Positions 1-10,150 of a stretch of 64,000 nucleotides of DNA are shown one piece after another. A model generated the notes under the pieces. That model was not told the origin of the DNA. It made no database searches and was given only the letters and a program-made list of their open reading frames with translations. How positions within the stretch are numbered: position 1 is the first letter of the stretch; each line of letters begins with the position of its first letter. This DNA is from Candidatus Woesearchaeota archaeon (GTDB taxonomy: Archaea; Nanobdellota; Nanobdellia; SCGC-AAA011-G17; UBA489). Both the position numbers and the translations under genes were made by a program. The stretch covers positions 73,246 to 137,245 of the forward strand of contig CAYFJW010000002.1 of the NCBI GenBank assembly GCA_964343875.1. The letters run 5' to 3'.

Positions 1-1938
1 GGACACAAGCTTAATTTTGAAAAGATTTTCAAGGTTTCAGAGATATGTGATTTCCCTTCATTTGATCTAAAAAACAATATTGAAATAAGTAACAATCAAA
101 AATCCACAGAGATTCTAAAACACATTTACACAGGATATTCGGCTGCACCAACAAAAGAAGAAGTAGAACACAAAATATCAAAGATTAATATTGATGAATT
201 AAAAAAAGAAATAAAACTTTCAAAAGAAGAGATTAATAAAAAAGCTGAGAAGAAGAAGCAGCTAAAAAAAGATCTAAACAAAGAAGAGAAACTAGTTGAA
301 GACTTCTTAAGTTGGATAACCGAATTGAGAGATGATAGAAAGCCACTAATGAATAAAATAGACGTTCTCTTCAACGAATGTGTTAGGACCCTTTACAGAG
401 AATGGGGAATAGAAAAGGAACTATCTTCAGTGTCATATGCTTCTGAAGTAAAAAAAGGAAAAGAGTTTTCACTAAAAAATCTCAATAATGTAAAAAGGAG
501 ACAAAAAGATTTCATCAATTTGTATTACGGTGATGAGGAATACACCGAGAAATACGAAAACCTTAAAAGTGAATTAAGAGAAGCAGAAACTTTAGAAAAA
601 CCAAGAAGTGATGCAAAAACAGTCATCGGCCAAATTGCAAACAAGGGGAACACCAAAGGAATAGCCAGAATAATCTACGACCCAAAACAATTCCACTCAT
701 TCTCAGAAGGGGACATTTTAATCACAAGCATGACCCGACCGGAATTCGTTCCATTGATGAAGAAGGCCTCCGCAATTGTTACAAACGAAGGGGGTATAGC
801 CTGTCATGCAGCAATTGTCTCAAGAGAAATTGACAAACCATGCATAATCGGAACAAAAAACGCCACAGAAATAATCAGAGACGGAGATCTTGTTGATGTT
901 GATGCAAATAATGGCGTAGTTAAAATAATTGAAAATAAAGAAAAAAAAGAATACACAGAGCTAGTGCATCTAGACCTACCATTAAGCCTAGTAGAGCTAC
1001 ACTATGAGCAAGAGGCCTCTGAGAGCGCCCCATGGGCCAATGAAAAATTCCCAATTAAACCCTACATAGTATATGAAAGAAAAAACGGCCTTGTTCATTT
1101 ATTCTATGACAAAAAAGGAATAAATTGGCAAATGGAGAATGCGGGCAAATACAAAGATGAAAAATCTGCAATAAATAACATCAAAACCAAGTATAATTTG
1201 ATAAAAAGCATTATAGAAGAAGAAAGAGCATTAGACAAAAAGGAGTTTATTGAATTCATAGAAAACCTTCGTGACCTCTGGCCATGGATAAATTATATGT
1301 GGTGGGCAATAGAACAAAAGGAAAAAAACAAAGAATCCTTCACAGAATTAATTAAAATAAGGAAATACACAGAACATTTCACACCAGGGATTAATGCAGT
1401 TTTCAAAAAATCAATAGAAAAGATCTTCCCAAAAGAAAAGGATTACGTAAACGTTCTATCACTAAAAGAGATTGAAACAGAAAAATTCCCAAGTGAAAAC
1501 ACACTGAAAAAAAGATTGAAGTCTTATTCTTACACAGACTACAACCTATACTCAACAACAGAAGAGATTCTTAATAAACATAACATAAAAATAGAAGAAA
1601 CTATTGACGATACAAATGAGTTACATGGTCAATCGGCCTATCCGGGAAATGCTAGGGGAAAGGTTAGGATAATAAAAAAAAGAGAAGATGTAACTAAGAT
1701 AAAAGAAGGCGAAATTTTAGTTGCATCCACAACAACACCAGATTTTCTACCAGCCATGAAGAAGTCTTCAGCAATCCTTTCTGAACACGGAGGGGCAATC
1801 TCCCACGCAGCAATAACCTCAAGAGAACTAAAAATCCCCTGCGTAGTGGGAATAAAGGGGGCTACAAAGGTTCTAAAGGACGGAGATACGGTAGAAATAG
1901 ATGCAGGAAAAGGCACAATAAAATTGATAAAAGATTAA
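1..1938 (+). CDS. Protein with two PEP-utilizing enzyme mobile (phospho-His swivel) domains; 5'-truncated by the window edge
   Basis: Frame is open from base 1 with no stop before 325. Two swivel motifs, TNEGGIACHAAIVSRE and SEHGGAISHAAITSRE, each preceded by a helical region. Confidence 0.85.
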   Translation, partial: GHKLNFEKIFKVSEICDFPSFDLKNNIEISNNQKSTEILKHIYTGYSAAPTKEEVEHKISKINIDELKKEIKLSKEEINKKAEKKKQLKKDLNKEEKLVEDFLSWITELRDDRKPLMNKIDVLFNECVRTLYREWGIEKELSSVSYASEVKKGKEFSLKNLNNVKRRQKDFINLYYGDEEYTEKYENLKSELREAETLEKPRSDAKTVIGQIANKGNTKGIARIIYDPKQFHSFSEGDILITSMTRPEFVPLMKKASAIVTNEGGIACHAAIVSREIDKPCIIGTKNATEIIRDGDLVDVDANNGVVKIIENKEKKEYTELVHLDLPLSLVELHYEQEASESAPWANEKFPIKPYIVYERKNGLVHLFYDKKGINWQMENAGKYKDEKSAINNIKTKYNLIKSIIEEERALDKKEFIEFIENLRDLWPWINYMWWAIEQKEKNKESFTELIKIRKYTEHFTPGINAVFKKSIEKIFPKEKDYVNVLSLKEIETEKFPSENTLKKRLKSYSYTDYNLYSTTEEILNKHNIKIEETIDDTNELHGQSAYPGNARGKVRIIKKREDVTKIKEGEILVASTTTPDFLPAMKKSSAILSEHGGAISHAAITSRELKIPCVVGIKGATKVLKDGDTVEIDAGKGTIKLIKD

Positions 1939-1952
1939 CACCTCTAAAACCT

Positions 1953-2339
1953 ATGAAATACCTAATATTATTGCTAACATTATCATTTCTCTTAGTTAGC
2001 TGTACAAACATCCAACCGTCGAATCAAGCATGTACTTCTGAAGGAAAGATTTGTCCAGATGGAACTGTAGTTGGACGAGTTGGTCCCAACTGTGAATTCG
2101 AAGCATGTCCTCCATTTGATGAAATAATTTACGAAGAAGGAGAATGTACAGAAGAACAGAGAAATGTAGATGCCTGTATTGAAATCTATCAACCAGTTTG
2201 TGGGTGGTTCAAAGACACAACAAACTGTTTAGTTTATCCATGTGCAAACACTTACTCAAACAGTTGCCACGCATGCATGGATGAAACCGTTGCACGTTGG
2301 ACCGAAGGCAAATGCCCAGAAGATAAAATTATAACTTAG
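1953..2339 (+). CDS. Cys-rich lipoprotein with a C-terminal Kazal-like module
   Basis: Lipobox signal MKYLILLLTLSFLLVS-C; CTxEGKICPDG...GPNCEFEACP module; Kazal-like CIEIYQPVCG...TYSNSCHAC...GKC. Confidence 0.7.
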   Translation: MKYLILLLTLSFLLVSCTNIQPSNQACTSEGKICPDGTVVGRVGPNCEFEACPPFDEIIYEEGECTEEQRNVDACIEIYQPVCGWFKDTTNCLVYPCANTYSNSCHACMDETVARWTEGKCPEDKIIT

Positions 2340-2616
2340 CAGAATACTTTATTATTTCATCAGAATCCATTAAAACAGTAACTTTTCCATCAACAATTAC
2401 AACTGCCTTGGGAATACTTAAATCTCCATCAAATAGTTCCCCAAAGCTCTTACCTCTAACTTCGGGAGCACCACCAGCATAACGAACTTCAGTTCTTTCT
2501 TCCCTATCGATATCAACAGGAACTAAAACATGTTCAAAATCCTTACCACTTAAAGAATCTAAAGCCTTCTTACAATAAGGACATCTCTCATCTCCGAAAA
2601 ATATTAATCTTGCCAT
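2329..2616 (-). CDS. Glutaredoxin-like protein
   Basis: N-terminal CPYC motif, 95 aa. Confidence 0.65.
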   Translation of the reverse strand: MARLIFFGDERCPYCKKALDSLSGKDFEHVLVPVDIDREERTEVRYAGGAPEVRGKSFGELFDGDLSIPKAVVIVDGKVTVLMDSDEIIKYSAKL

Positions 2617-2658
2617 AAAGAAAGGCTATAACCGTTCTTTTTAATCCTTTCCAAAAAT

Positions 2659-3015
2659 TTAACATCCACCTGGCAACACAGCGCAAACTTTCTTACCATT
2701 CTTTATAGCATTATTAATTATTTCAATTGCCGCTGTATTCTTAACAGTATGAGTTATGGGGTTCAAACCTGTATTTAATTTCCAACTAAGAACATAGTCT
2801 TCAACTTCCTGACTAATCCTTAACAAACCACCTGCACCAGTACCAATTACAAAAACATCAGGATTCTCCTTCAACAACTCAGATATATGCGCAACTTTAA
2901 GATCCCGATCTTCTAGGTCTTGCCAGTACCTAGCTTTATTCCCCTTTATCATCAGGTCCCCTAAAAACTGCTTCCCTTCCACCACAAAACAGCCATAGGT
3001 ATATTCATCAATCAT
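2659..3015 (-). CDS. Mth938-like (DUF498) domain protein
   Basis: IDEYTYG..VEGK start, PDVFVIGTGAGG motif, NTAAIEIIN, C-terminal Cys. Confidence 0.7.
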   Translation of the reverse strand: MIDEYTYGCFVVEGKQFLGDLMIKGNKARYWQDLEDRDLKVAHISELLKENPDVFVIGTGAGGLLRISQEVEDYVLSWKLNTGLNPITHTVKNTAAIEIINNAIKNGKKVCAVLPGGC

Positions 3016-3068
3016 CCTTTACCTAATACTAATAAGTTTTTATAGATTATTGTGGTAGACTTTTCGAT

Positions 3069-3671
3069 CTAATCCCAGCTGTTAAACGCCCTAAATATTG
3101 CAAAATCGGTTAATGGTTCAACCTTCCTGTGGACCACATCATATGCCTTGTAGGCGGGATCAACAAGAGTAACATCACCATACCTTCCCCTTACATCAAT
3201 CATTGCACATGCATGGTTAACTCTATCCCCGCTTCCATCAATGTTCACATTAACAAAACTACCTCTAATTCCAATTGTTCTAACCATCACTAAATACAAC
3301 ATTGTCATCTCACCACAAACCCCCTCTCTGTCTCTAAAAACTTCAACACTATTTCTATAACCCTGCCCACCACGTCTTCTTTCACCATACTGTATATTTT
3401 CAACAATCCAATCAAAAATCCTAACTGCGTTTTCATTTTTGCCAGAATCAGGATCAAACAGCCCCTTAACAACTTGAGAAATCTCATTACTCAAAACAAA
3501 AGGCATTTTCATATCAAACCCCTTATCAATTAATGCAATCTCATATTCATCGTCTCTCATTCTCCCAGCTAAGTTATCGTTTAGATCATCTGAATGCACA
3601 GCCCCCAAACCAACACGACTTGAAAGAGAATCCAAACGATTGATTACCGTTTCCAAATTAGTTGGACACAT
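3069..3671 (-). CDS. Transglutaminase-like cysteine protease domain protein
   Basis: Triad pattern GVCGE...HAC...LVDP. Confidence 0.75.
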   Translation of the reverse strand: MCPTNLETVINRLDSLSSRVGLGAVHSDDLNDNLAGRMRDDEYEIALIDKGFDMKMPFVLSNEISQVVKGLFDPDSGKNENAVRIFDWIVENIQYGERRRGGQGYRNSVEVFRDREGVCGEMTMLYLVMVRTIGIRGSFVNVNIDGSGDRVNHACAMIDVRGRYGDVTLVDPAYKAYDVVHRKVEPLTDFAIFRAFNSWD

Positions 3672-4657
3672 TACAACAAGCCTCTAAAATTGATTGGCTT
3701 GCCATAAAGTCCGTTATGCTTAACAAATTCTACAATATTCTTAATTCCCTCATCGGCACTAGCTTGTGCACTAAGCATGACACTTGCCATTCCACTAACT
3801 GCATTATTTGTATCTCTAAAACATCTATTAATGCTAATTGCTTGTAAGTAAGCAACCATTGTCTCTTCTAAATGTCTACAATAATTATCCATTCTTTCTT
3901 TGCCAAGAGCCAAAACGTTTTTCATTCCACCACACCATTCAATCAATCCCCCGACCTCTTCCATGGCCCTTTCATTCTCCTGAATTAGTATATCTGCAAT
4001 CTTTCTAGAATCAGCAGCCCCTTCATACCTCCACTTAGCCCTATCAATCAAAGCACTCCTTGCCATCCTAGAGATCTCAGAAGAACCCTCAATCCCTCTA
4101 AGAACAACATCTCTTTCACTAGCCCTCCTTTCAACCATTTCATCTAGGGCTCCCTGAGTACTAACATAAAACTGATTTCTCCTAATTAGCTCATTTGAAT
4201 AATCAGTAAGTCTCCCTTCCCTTTCTACTACATGACAAAAGAGCTGACCAAAGTCACTCGCATGTTCTTCAAAAAACTCACAGTACTTTGCAACCAAGTC
4301 CTCAGTTCTATAACCACTTAGACTTTTTGTAAAAAACCCACCAACATTCAACAATCCAAAGAACCGCCCTTGTCCAAACTTCAAAGCCCTCACAAGTCCA
4401 CGGTTTAATGGCTTTAATCCCTTAGATCTTTCCTTAACTCTCTTTATAACTCCATTAAACTCTTCAATTGATTCAACGGAAGCAACCATCTCCCTATGCA
4501 ATGCCACTTCATGTGTTTGATGTTCTTGCAAGGAGCTTCTAAATTTCTCAACATCAAAATCATTCTTAACCAATTCTTCAAGTTCAGGTGTCATTAAGGC
4601 TACACTATCGCCACCATAGCCATCAATTCCAAAGACAGAGTGAACCTTGCCCATCAT
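3671..4657 (-). CDS. Hypothetical all-helical/coiled-coil protein
   Basis: 328-aa ORF translationally coupled to both neighbours; no catalytic motif recognised. Confidence 0.6.
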   Translation of the reverse strand: MMGKVHSVFGIDGYGGDSVALMTPELEELVKNDFDVEKFRSSLQEHQTHEVALHREMVASVESIEEFNGVIKRVKERSKGLKPLNRGLVRALKFGQGRFFGLLNVGGFFTKSLSGYRTEDLVAKYCEFFEEHASDFGQLFCHVVEREGRLTDYSNELIRRNQFYVSTQGALDEMVERRASERDVVLRGIEGSSEISRMARSALIDRAKWRYEGAADSRKIADILIQENERAMEEVGGLIEWCGGMKNVLALGKERMDNYCRHLEETMVAYLQAISINRCFRDTNNAVSGMASVMLSAQASADEGIKNIVEFVKHNGLYGKPINFRGLL

Positions 4658-4941
4658 TTAACACTCCACTTTTTCTTCAAAGAATTCACGCACTCCATCA
4701 ACCTATCATCTTCAAGAACACATTCAACCCTATACTCTAAATCACCAAGCTGTAACTTTCCATTTTCATTTTTTATTTCAACCCTCTCGCTTAAACTTTT
4801 ATCGATCAAAAATGGTTTTTCTTCATACCTCACAATGTCATAGCGGGGATCTTCCCTAACACAACCACTAACAGCATAACCTGCAATAAAGATGCCCCCA
4901 TAAAACATAACTCTTCCAAAACCTTCAAAGAACCCCATCAA
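4654..4941 (-). CDS. Putative small lipoprotein
   Basis: Hydrophobic N-terminus ending in lipobox-like AVSG-C; ATGA overlaps with neighbours. Confidence 0.5.
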   Translation of the reverse strand: MMGFFEGFGRVMFYGGIFIAGYAVSGCVREDPRYDIVRYEEKPFLIDKSLSERVEIKNENGKLQLGDLEYRVECVLEDDRLMECVNSLKKKWSVK

Positions 4942-5354
4942 AAACCACTCCCTATTAAAAAGAACATAGCCTCTCCAAGATTATCCCTTGTAAGATCTCT
5001 GATGTCATAACCAACATCCCTCAATTGAGATTTAACTAATGATGAAAGTACATTGTACCTTTCTTCTTTGGGAAGAGCCTCCCAACTTGAAACAATAGAT
5101 TCAACAGTCTCTCCAGAATTATCTTTAATTAAGTCCCCTCCATCAAATCCAACTCCCCGATTATAAATCTCACTAAGTTCAACAAGTGCCCTAATTCTTT
5201 CATTTTCGCTAACGATGGCCGGAGGATTTTCTTCAAGGTTGTTTGAGGGGCTAGAAGGGTAACTACCAATCAACCCAGTTGTTAGAAGGACAGCTAACCC
5301 AGCACCCCCGAACCATCTTCCTCTTGAAACAGAATAGTCACCTAAAAACGTCAT
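4938..5354 (-). CDS. Hypothetical membrane-anchored protein
   Basis: One N-terminal hydrophobic segment; first gene of a 4-gene overlapping run. Confidence 0.55.
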   Translation of the reverse strand: MTFLGDYSVSRGRWFGGAGLAVLLTTGLIGSYPSSPSNNLEENPPAIVSENERIRALVELSEIYNRGVGFDGGDLIKDNSGETVESIVSSWEALPKEERYNVLSSLVKSQLRDVGYDIRDLTRDNLGEAMFFLIGSGF

Positions 5355-5496
5355 ACTAGCTTTCTAACTTCCATTTTAAAGTGCCTTGTTCTAAATTTTC
5401 TGCAATGTTTATGGGTTAAGATTCCCAAAATAACTAAAATTCGCAACATTTCCACAATAGAAAGAGTTAAATATATTAAGTATACCTAAGTATACC

Positions 5497-5745
5497 ATGA
5501 TAAAGAAAGAAATAACTACGATAAAACTTCACGAAGACACAAAAAGTCAGTTAGATAGATTTAGAGAATATAAAAACGAGAGCTATGATGAGGTAATAAA
5601 AAAAATGTTGTATGTAGTAAAAAAAGCCAAGACACATCCAGAGTTAAGCAAGGAAACAGTAATAGCTATTGAAGAAGCAAGAAAAAGAATGAAAAAGGGC
5701 AATTTCCTCTCTGAAGAAGAAGCGAGGAAGAGACTTGGCTTTTAG
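5497..5745 (+). CDS. Type II antitoxin (RHH-like), RelE partner
   Basis: TTIKL...TKSQL...ESYDEVI N-terminus and SEEEARKRLGF tail; abuts the RelE gene. Confidence 0.75.
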   Translation: MIKKEITTIKLHEDTKSQLDRFREYKNESYDEVIKKMLYVVKKAKTHPELSKETVIAIEEARKRMKKGNFLSEEEARKRLGF

Positions 5746-6000
5746 ATGTATTGCATAACATTCGATTCCTTGGCATTTGAATTCTTAAAAAAGAGCGAAA
5801 AAGAACTAGCAAAAAGAATTTGGAATAAACTAATCTCCTCAAAAGAAGCCCCTCACCATTTCTTTGAACGATTGAAAGGGAGAAAAGATTACAGGCTAAG
5901 AGTTGGCGACTGTAGAGTAATTGCAGACATTGATGAAGAGAAAATGGCCATTAGAGTTACCCATATCGGGCACAGAAAGAATATCTACAAGAATCTCTGA
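5746..6000 (+). CDS. relE: RelE/ParE family toxin
   Basis: YRLRVGDCRVI...IGHRKNIY motifs. Confidence 0.85.
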   Translation: MYCITFDSLAFEFLKKSEKELAKRIWNKLISSKEAPHHFFERLKGRKDYRLRVGDCRVIADIDEEKMAIRVTHIGHRKNIYKNL

Positions 6001-6049
6001 CTTTTTAAGAAATAACAATTTATAAATAGATTCACACCATCCTCAACCC

Positions 6050-7291
6050 ATGGCTAAAAAACACAAAGAGGTAATCAATAACATTCTATTAGATGTATCT
6101 CCAACAAATCAAGACAAAAAAAGACTAAAAGACATCCAAAAACAAATACTCTCAAAAATAAAAATACCCAACACAAAAGCAATGGTTGGTGGTTCAGGTG
6201 CAAAAAACACTTGGCTAAAAAACACTCACGACATTGACATCTACGTTAAATTCAACTATTCAAAATACAACAAAAAATCAGACGAACTATCAAACATATT
6301 AAACAAATACCTAAAGAAATCATTCAAAAGACTATCAAGGATACATGGATCAAGAGACTACTTCCAGGTAAACTTCAAGGGCTACACAATAGAAATAGTA
6401 CCCATACTAGCAATCACAAACGCAAAAAAAGCAAAGAACATCACAGACTTTTCATTCCACCATGTAAATTACATTAACAAACAAACTAAGAAATCCAAAA
6501 AACTAGCAAACGAAATAAGACTTGCAAAAGTATTTGCTAAAGCTAATAAATTCTATGGTGCTGAATCCTACATCAAGGGCGTTTCAGGATATGTTTTAGA
6601 AATATTAGTATCAAAGTACGGATCATTCTTTAGATTCATAGAAAATGCTTCAAAATGGAAGTCAACAACAGTAATTGGTAATAAAAAAGATGCAGAAAAA
6701 CTAAATTGGGCCAAAAAACAATCTCCCTTAATAATCATCGACCCAGTTCAACCAGATAGAAATGCTGCAGCAGCATTAAGCAAAGAACAATACAACAACA
6801 TAATCAAATCTTCAAAGAAGTTCCTAAAATCCCCAAAAGAATCATTATTCGAAGAACAACCAATTAATCTTCAAAAACTAAAGAAGAAAGGAAAACTAAC
6901 AATAATTGAAGTACAACCTGTTAAAGGAAAGAGAGATATTTCAGGTGCAAAAGCATTAAAGGCATTTGAATTCATAACAAAACACTCAAACGAATACAAT
7001 GTAATTGATTCAATCTTCGACTACAATGAATCACTAGCAAAATTCTACATCGTTACAAAGAAAAACAAAATACCCTCAGAATACAAACACTATGGCCCAC
7101 CAACAAACAACAAAAACGCACTAACACACTTCATGAAAGCAAACAAATCCCCAATTAAAACAGACAAAAAACTAAAAAAATACTATACAATAAAGAAAAG
7201 AAAAACAAACGACATACACAATCATATAAAAGAACTCCTTCAAATGGAAGAAGTAACCTCCAGAGTAAAGAGTATTATACTCTTAAACTAG
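6050..7291 (+). CDS. cca: Archaeal class I CCA-adding enzyme
   Basis: GGSGAKNTWL...DIDI nucleotidyltransferase motif, YGAESYIKGVSGY, DPVQPDRNAAAALS. The tRNA in this window lacks an encoded CCA. Confidence 0.9.
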   Translation: MAKKHKEVINNILLDVSPTNQDKKRLKDIQKQILSKIKIPNTKAMVGGSGAKNTWLKNTHDIDIYVKFNYSKYNKKSDELSNILNKYLKKSFKRLSRIHGSRDYFQVNFKGYTIEIVPILAITNAKKAKNITDFSFHHVNYINKQTKKSKKLANEIRLAKVFAKANKFYGAESYIKGVSGYVLEILVSKYGSFFRFIENASKWKSTTVIGNKKDAEKLNWAKKQSPLIIIDPVQPDRNAAAALSKEQYNNIIKSSKKFLKSPKESLFEEQPINLQKLKKKGKLTIIEVQPVKGKRDISGAKALKAFEFITKHSNEYNVIDSIFDYNESLAKFYIVTKKNKIPSEYKHYGPPTNNKNALTHFMKANKSPIKTDKKLKKYYTIKKRKTNDIHNHIKELLQMEEVTSRVKSIILLN

Positions 7292-7345
7292 TCCAAAAGC
7301 CCTTCCAAAACCTATATATACCAATCCCATCACGATCTCTATAAG

Positions 7346-7849
7346 ATGGGTGGTGCTCGAGTTTATCTTTGTGAAAATCTAAAAATTAAACAGGTTTCTA
7401 TATTTGACTTTGGAGAGTTCTACAAGCGTCTTTTCTCATGGTTTGAAGTAATGGACTATGATTTCTCTGAAAAAGGCTATGAAAAATACGATATGGGTGG
7501 CGGAGCAGAAAACCTAAAAATCTACTGGACCAGCTCCAAAATGGTAGATAATTATGTTAAATTCGTAATAGATCTAAACTTTTTCTTAGTAGGGATGACT
7601 AAAGTAGAAATAGAAAGAGACGGATTAAAAATAAAAACTGACAAGGGCACAGTTGAAATGAGACTTACAGCATACTTCGAAAAAGACCCTAATGAAAAAA
7701 TGGTAAAGGCAGTAGGAGAAACAGGAAGAGGAATATATGAAAAGTTTGTGATCCGGCATAAAATGGAAGACTACGGAGCTCATTTGTACGAAGAACTACA
7801 TCTGCTAATGGACGAAATTAAAAGTTACTTAAGCATGCATAAATTCTAG
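7346..7849 (+). CDS. Conserved hypothetical protein
   Basis: 167-aa ORF with TATA-like element upstream; no motif recognised. Confidence 0.65.
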   Translation: MGGARVYLCENLKIKQVSIFDFGEFYKRLFSWFEVMDYDFSEKGYEKYDMGGGAENLKIYWTSSKMVDNYVKFVIDLNFFLVGMTKVEIERDGLKIKTDKGTVEMRLTAYFEKDPNEKMVKAVGETGRGIYEKFVIRHKMEDYGAHLYEELHLLMDEIKSYLSMHKF

Positions 7850-7850
7850 A

Positions 7851-8231
7851 ATGATAACTATCAATAAAAAACACGGTTATACCCTAGCACTAGCAATACT
7901 TCTGATAGATCAAATACTAAAAATAATTTCAATAAACAATAACAACTACATAACAAACACCGGTGCAGCATGGGGTTTATTACAAGGATCAAACTTTTTA
8001 TTAATAATAATTTCATTTATTGTAATTTTTTACATTAATAGATACTTCATGTCAAACCCTTTGGCATTATCAATACTTCTTGGAGGTGTTCTAGGAAACT
8101 TATTCGATAGAATCTTCAGAGGACATGTAATTGATTTCATAGATATTAAATTATTCAACTATCCATTATTTAACGTTGCAGACATAGCAATAGTGCTAGC
8201 AATAATATTAATAATATTCAAAAAGAAATAA
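7851..8231 (+). CDS. lspA: Lipoprotein signal peptidase II
   Basis: DQILK, NTGAAWG, GNLFDRI, VIDF, FNVAD (both catalytic Asp present); four hydrophobic segments. Confidence 0.9.
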   Translation: MITINKKHGYTLALAILLIDQILKIISINNNNYITNTGAAWGLLQGSNFLLIIISFIVIFYINRYFMSNPLALSILLGGVLGNLFDRIFRGHVIDFIDIKLFNYPLFNVADIAIVLAIILIIFKKK

Positions 8232-8591
8232 CTACCAAAGGTTTCTATCCCTTTTACCCATTTCAGATGCTTCTAATCTTCTACTTAAATTATCGAGCCT
8301 ACTGCTAATCAAATCTAGCTTACTCATAATTAACTGAACATCTTTAGGAGAAATACTTCCAGAAAATCTTTCGCCACTAACTTGCGGATTCATATCAGGC
8401 ACATCATACTTTTCCATTTCGCTTGCTCTCGAACCCCAATTTTGCCCCAAATTAGGATTAGTCTCAGCAGCTAATCCAGGATTCTCCCAAGAACCTTGGT
8501 CAGCAGCCCATGGATCACCTTCAGGTAATGCAGGCAGGTCCGACTCCATTCTACTAGAACTTCTACCGAATAATTTACCAAATATGCCCAT
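8232..8591 (-). CDS. Hypothetical protein with N-terminal amphipathic helix, disordered middle and C-terminal coiled coil
   Basis: MGIFGKLFGR start; LIMSKLDLISSRLDNLSRRLE heptads; GAGGTG SD upstream. Confidence 0.6.
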   Translation of the reverse strand: MGIFGKLFGRSSSRMESDLPALPEGDPWAADQGSWENPGLAAETNPNLGQNWGSRASEMEKYDVPDMNPQVSGERFSGSISPKDVQLIMSKLDLISSRLDNLSRRLEASEMGKRDRNLW

Positions 8592-8670
8592 TTAAACACC
8601 TCTTTACGACAACATTTATAAATTTCAGTATATAAAAGATTTTTGTAACAACCATTTAAGGGAAATTTTT

Positions 8671-10113
8671 ATGCCAGAATTAAAAGAAGAGGAAGAACAG
8701 GAAGAGGAAGAAGATCTTTTTGCAACTGAGAATCTTGTAGATGGCAAATTCGGGGGAAAAGCCAAGTATAGGGTCGTTATGGATTCTGCACAAACAGGTG
8801 TAGAAGCAAAGTACTTCACAGTCCTAAGAGCCTTAACAGATCCCATACCCTTCGGCAGAGGGTTAGTTGAACCCGAAGGCCGTATAATCAAAACAAAAGA
8901 CATCTACACCGCAGGAGAAACTTCTTCTTACTGGGGAGCAGTTGAACAAAGAAAAGGCGCACAAATTGACAAGTTCCAACAAATAATGCAGAATGTTGGC
9001 GGAATGATCAAGGCAATGTTCCAATTACTTAGGGACTTAAGAATTATGGAAGAAAGATTAGAATTCTATGAAGATGCAAACAAGGGTGGTTCAAGTTCCG
9101 AAGTGCATCTAAAATCAGTTTGGATTGATCAGGTTGAAGGCGGAATTAAAAATGTTACATCCGTACTCGGTCTAACTGCAGAAGTTGGATTCGCAGCATT
9201 AGCTGATTTATTTTTTACAATACACCCTAAAACAGATGCAGATGTAGAAAAAGAAGTGAAAAAACTAAAAGATTCCCATGGTATTAACAAAAAGGTAAGA
9301 GAAGTTTTAGGAAGAAAACTAAAACAATATCTAATCTGGAGAAAGAAAACATACAAAGAACTTCTAGTTGGACAAAAGTTTAAACTAGGCTACTTAAGAC
9401 AACATTATTCAGTAATTAGACTGTACCTAAATTGGTTAAGGCCTTACTTAAAAAATATTAAACGTCTTCAAATGAAAACAGAGGGAATTGCAACTGACAA
9501 AGATGTCCTAGCAGCATTTGAAACTTCAAAGATTGAAATAGAATTCCTAGCAATAAGGGACAAATATGAAAAAGGCACCCCAAGAGGAAAAGTAACCAAG
9601 GACTTCAAAGACTTCTTCCCAGTAACAAGGGTAAGAGTTAATTTTGTAGCAATGCCAGACATGTCTTTCCAATCAGATTATCAAAAAGGAGCAATTCACA
9701 GGGGCCAAACAGAAATACTAATCGATGGAATAGCCCTTAGCAAAGATCAATTAGAAGAGTACCAAAAACAACTTTATGAATCAGACCTAGACCTCCTAGC
9801 AGTAGTTGATTCATCAATTGAGGCATTAAGGGAAGAACTATCATACTACTTAGAAAAAGCAGGCGGGGCCTTTGAAATCTACAAAAAGAAGGAACCTAAG
9901 GAGAAAAAACAAAGGATGAGTCTAAGAAAGGGCTTCCTAGAACCGTTTGTGGCCCTGGGAGACTTCTTCAAAGACATTTCAGGAGTGGACCTTGCATTCA
10001 AAACAGACAAAATAAACATTTCAGAAAAGAAATCAGCACAAAAAATGGCGGAAGTAGACTCATATTTAGCATACTACATATTCAAAAAACAAAACAGGCT
10101 CCTAACAGAGTAA
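8671..10113 (+). CDS. Conserved hypothetical protein
   Basis: 480-aa ORF with an acidic N-terminus; no motif recognised. Confidence 0.7.
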   Translation: MPELKEEEEQEEEEDLFATENLVDGKFGGKAKYRVVMDSAQTGVEAKYFTVLRALTDPIPFGRGLVEPEGRIIKTKDIYTAGETSSYWGAVEQRKGAQIDKFQQIMQNVGGMIKAMFQLLRDLRIMEERLEFYEDANKGGSSSEVHLKSVWIDQVEGGIKNVTSVLGLTAEVGFAALADLFFTIHPKTDADVEKEVKKLKDSHGINKKVREVLGRKLKQYLIWRKKTYKELLVGQKFKLGYLRQHYSVIRLYLNWLRPYLKNIKRLQMKTEGIATDKDVLAAFETSKIEIEFLAIRDKYEKGTPRGKVTKDFKDFFPVTRVRVNFVAMPDMSFQSDYQKGAIHRGQTEILIDGIALSKDQLEEYQKQLYESDLDLLAVVDSSIEALREELSYYLEKAGGAFEIYKKKEPKEKKQRMSLRKGFLEPFVALGDFFKDISGVDLAFKTDKINISEKKSAQKMAEVDSYLAYYIFKKQNRLLTE

Positions 10114-10150
10114 CCAAAACCATTATTAATTTTAATAGTTTGATAATAAC

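Noticed and set aside
2659..2676. Mth938-like protein ending in PGGC as a third MVGGC-type protein
   Set aside because: This family normally ends in a Cys, the protein lacks a TM and the MV residues, and it is distant from the cluster.
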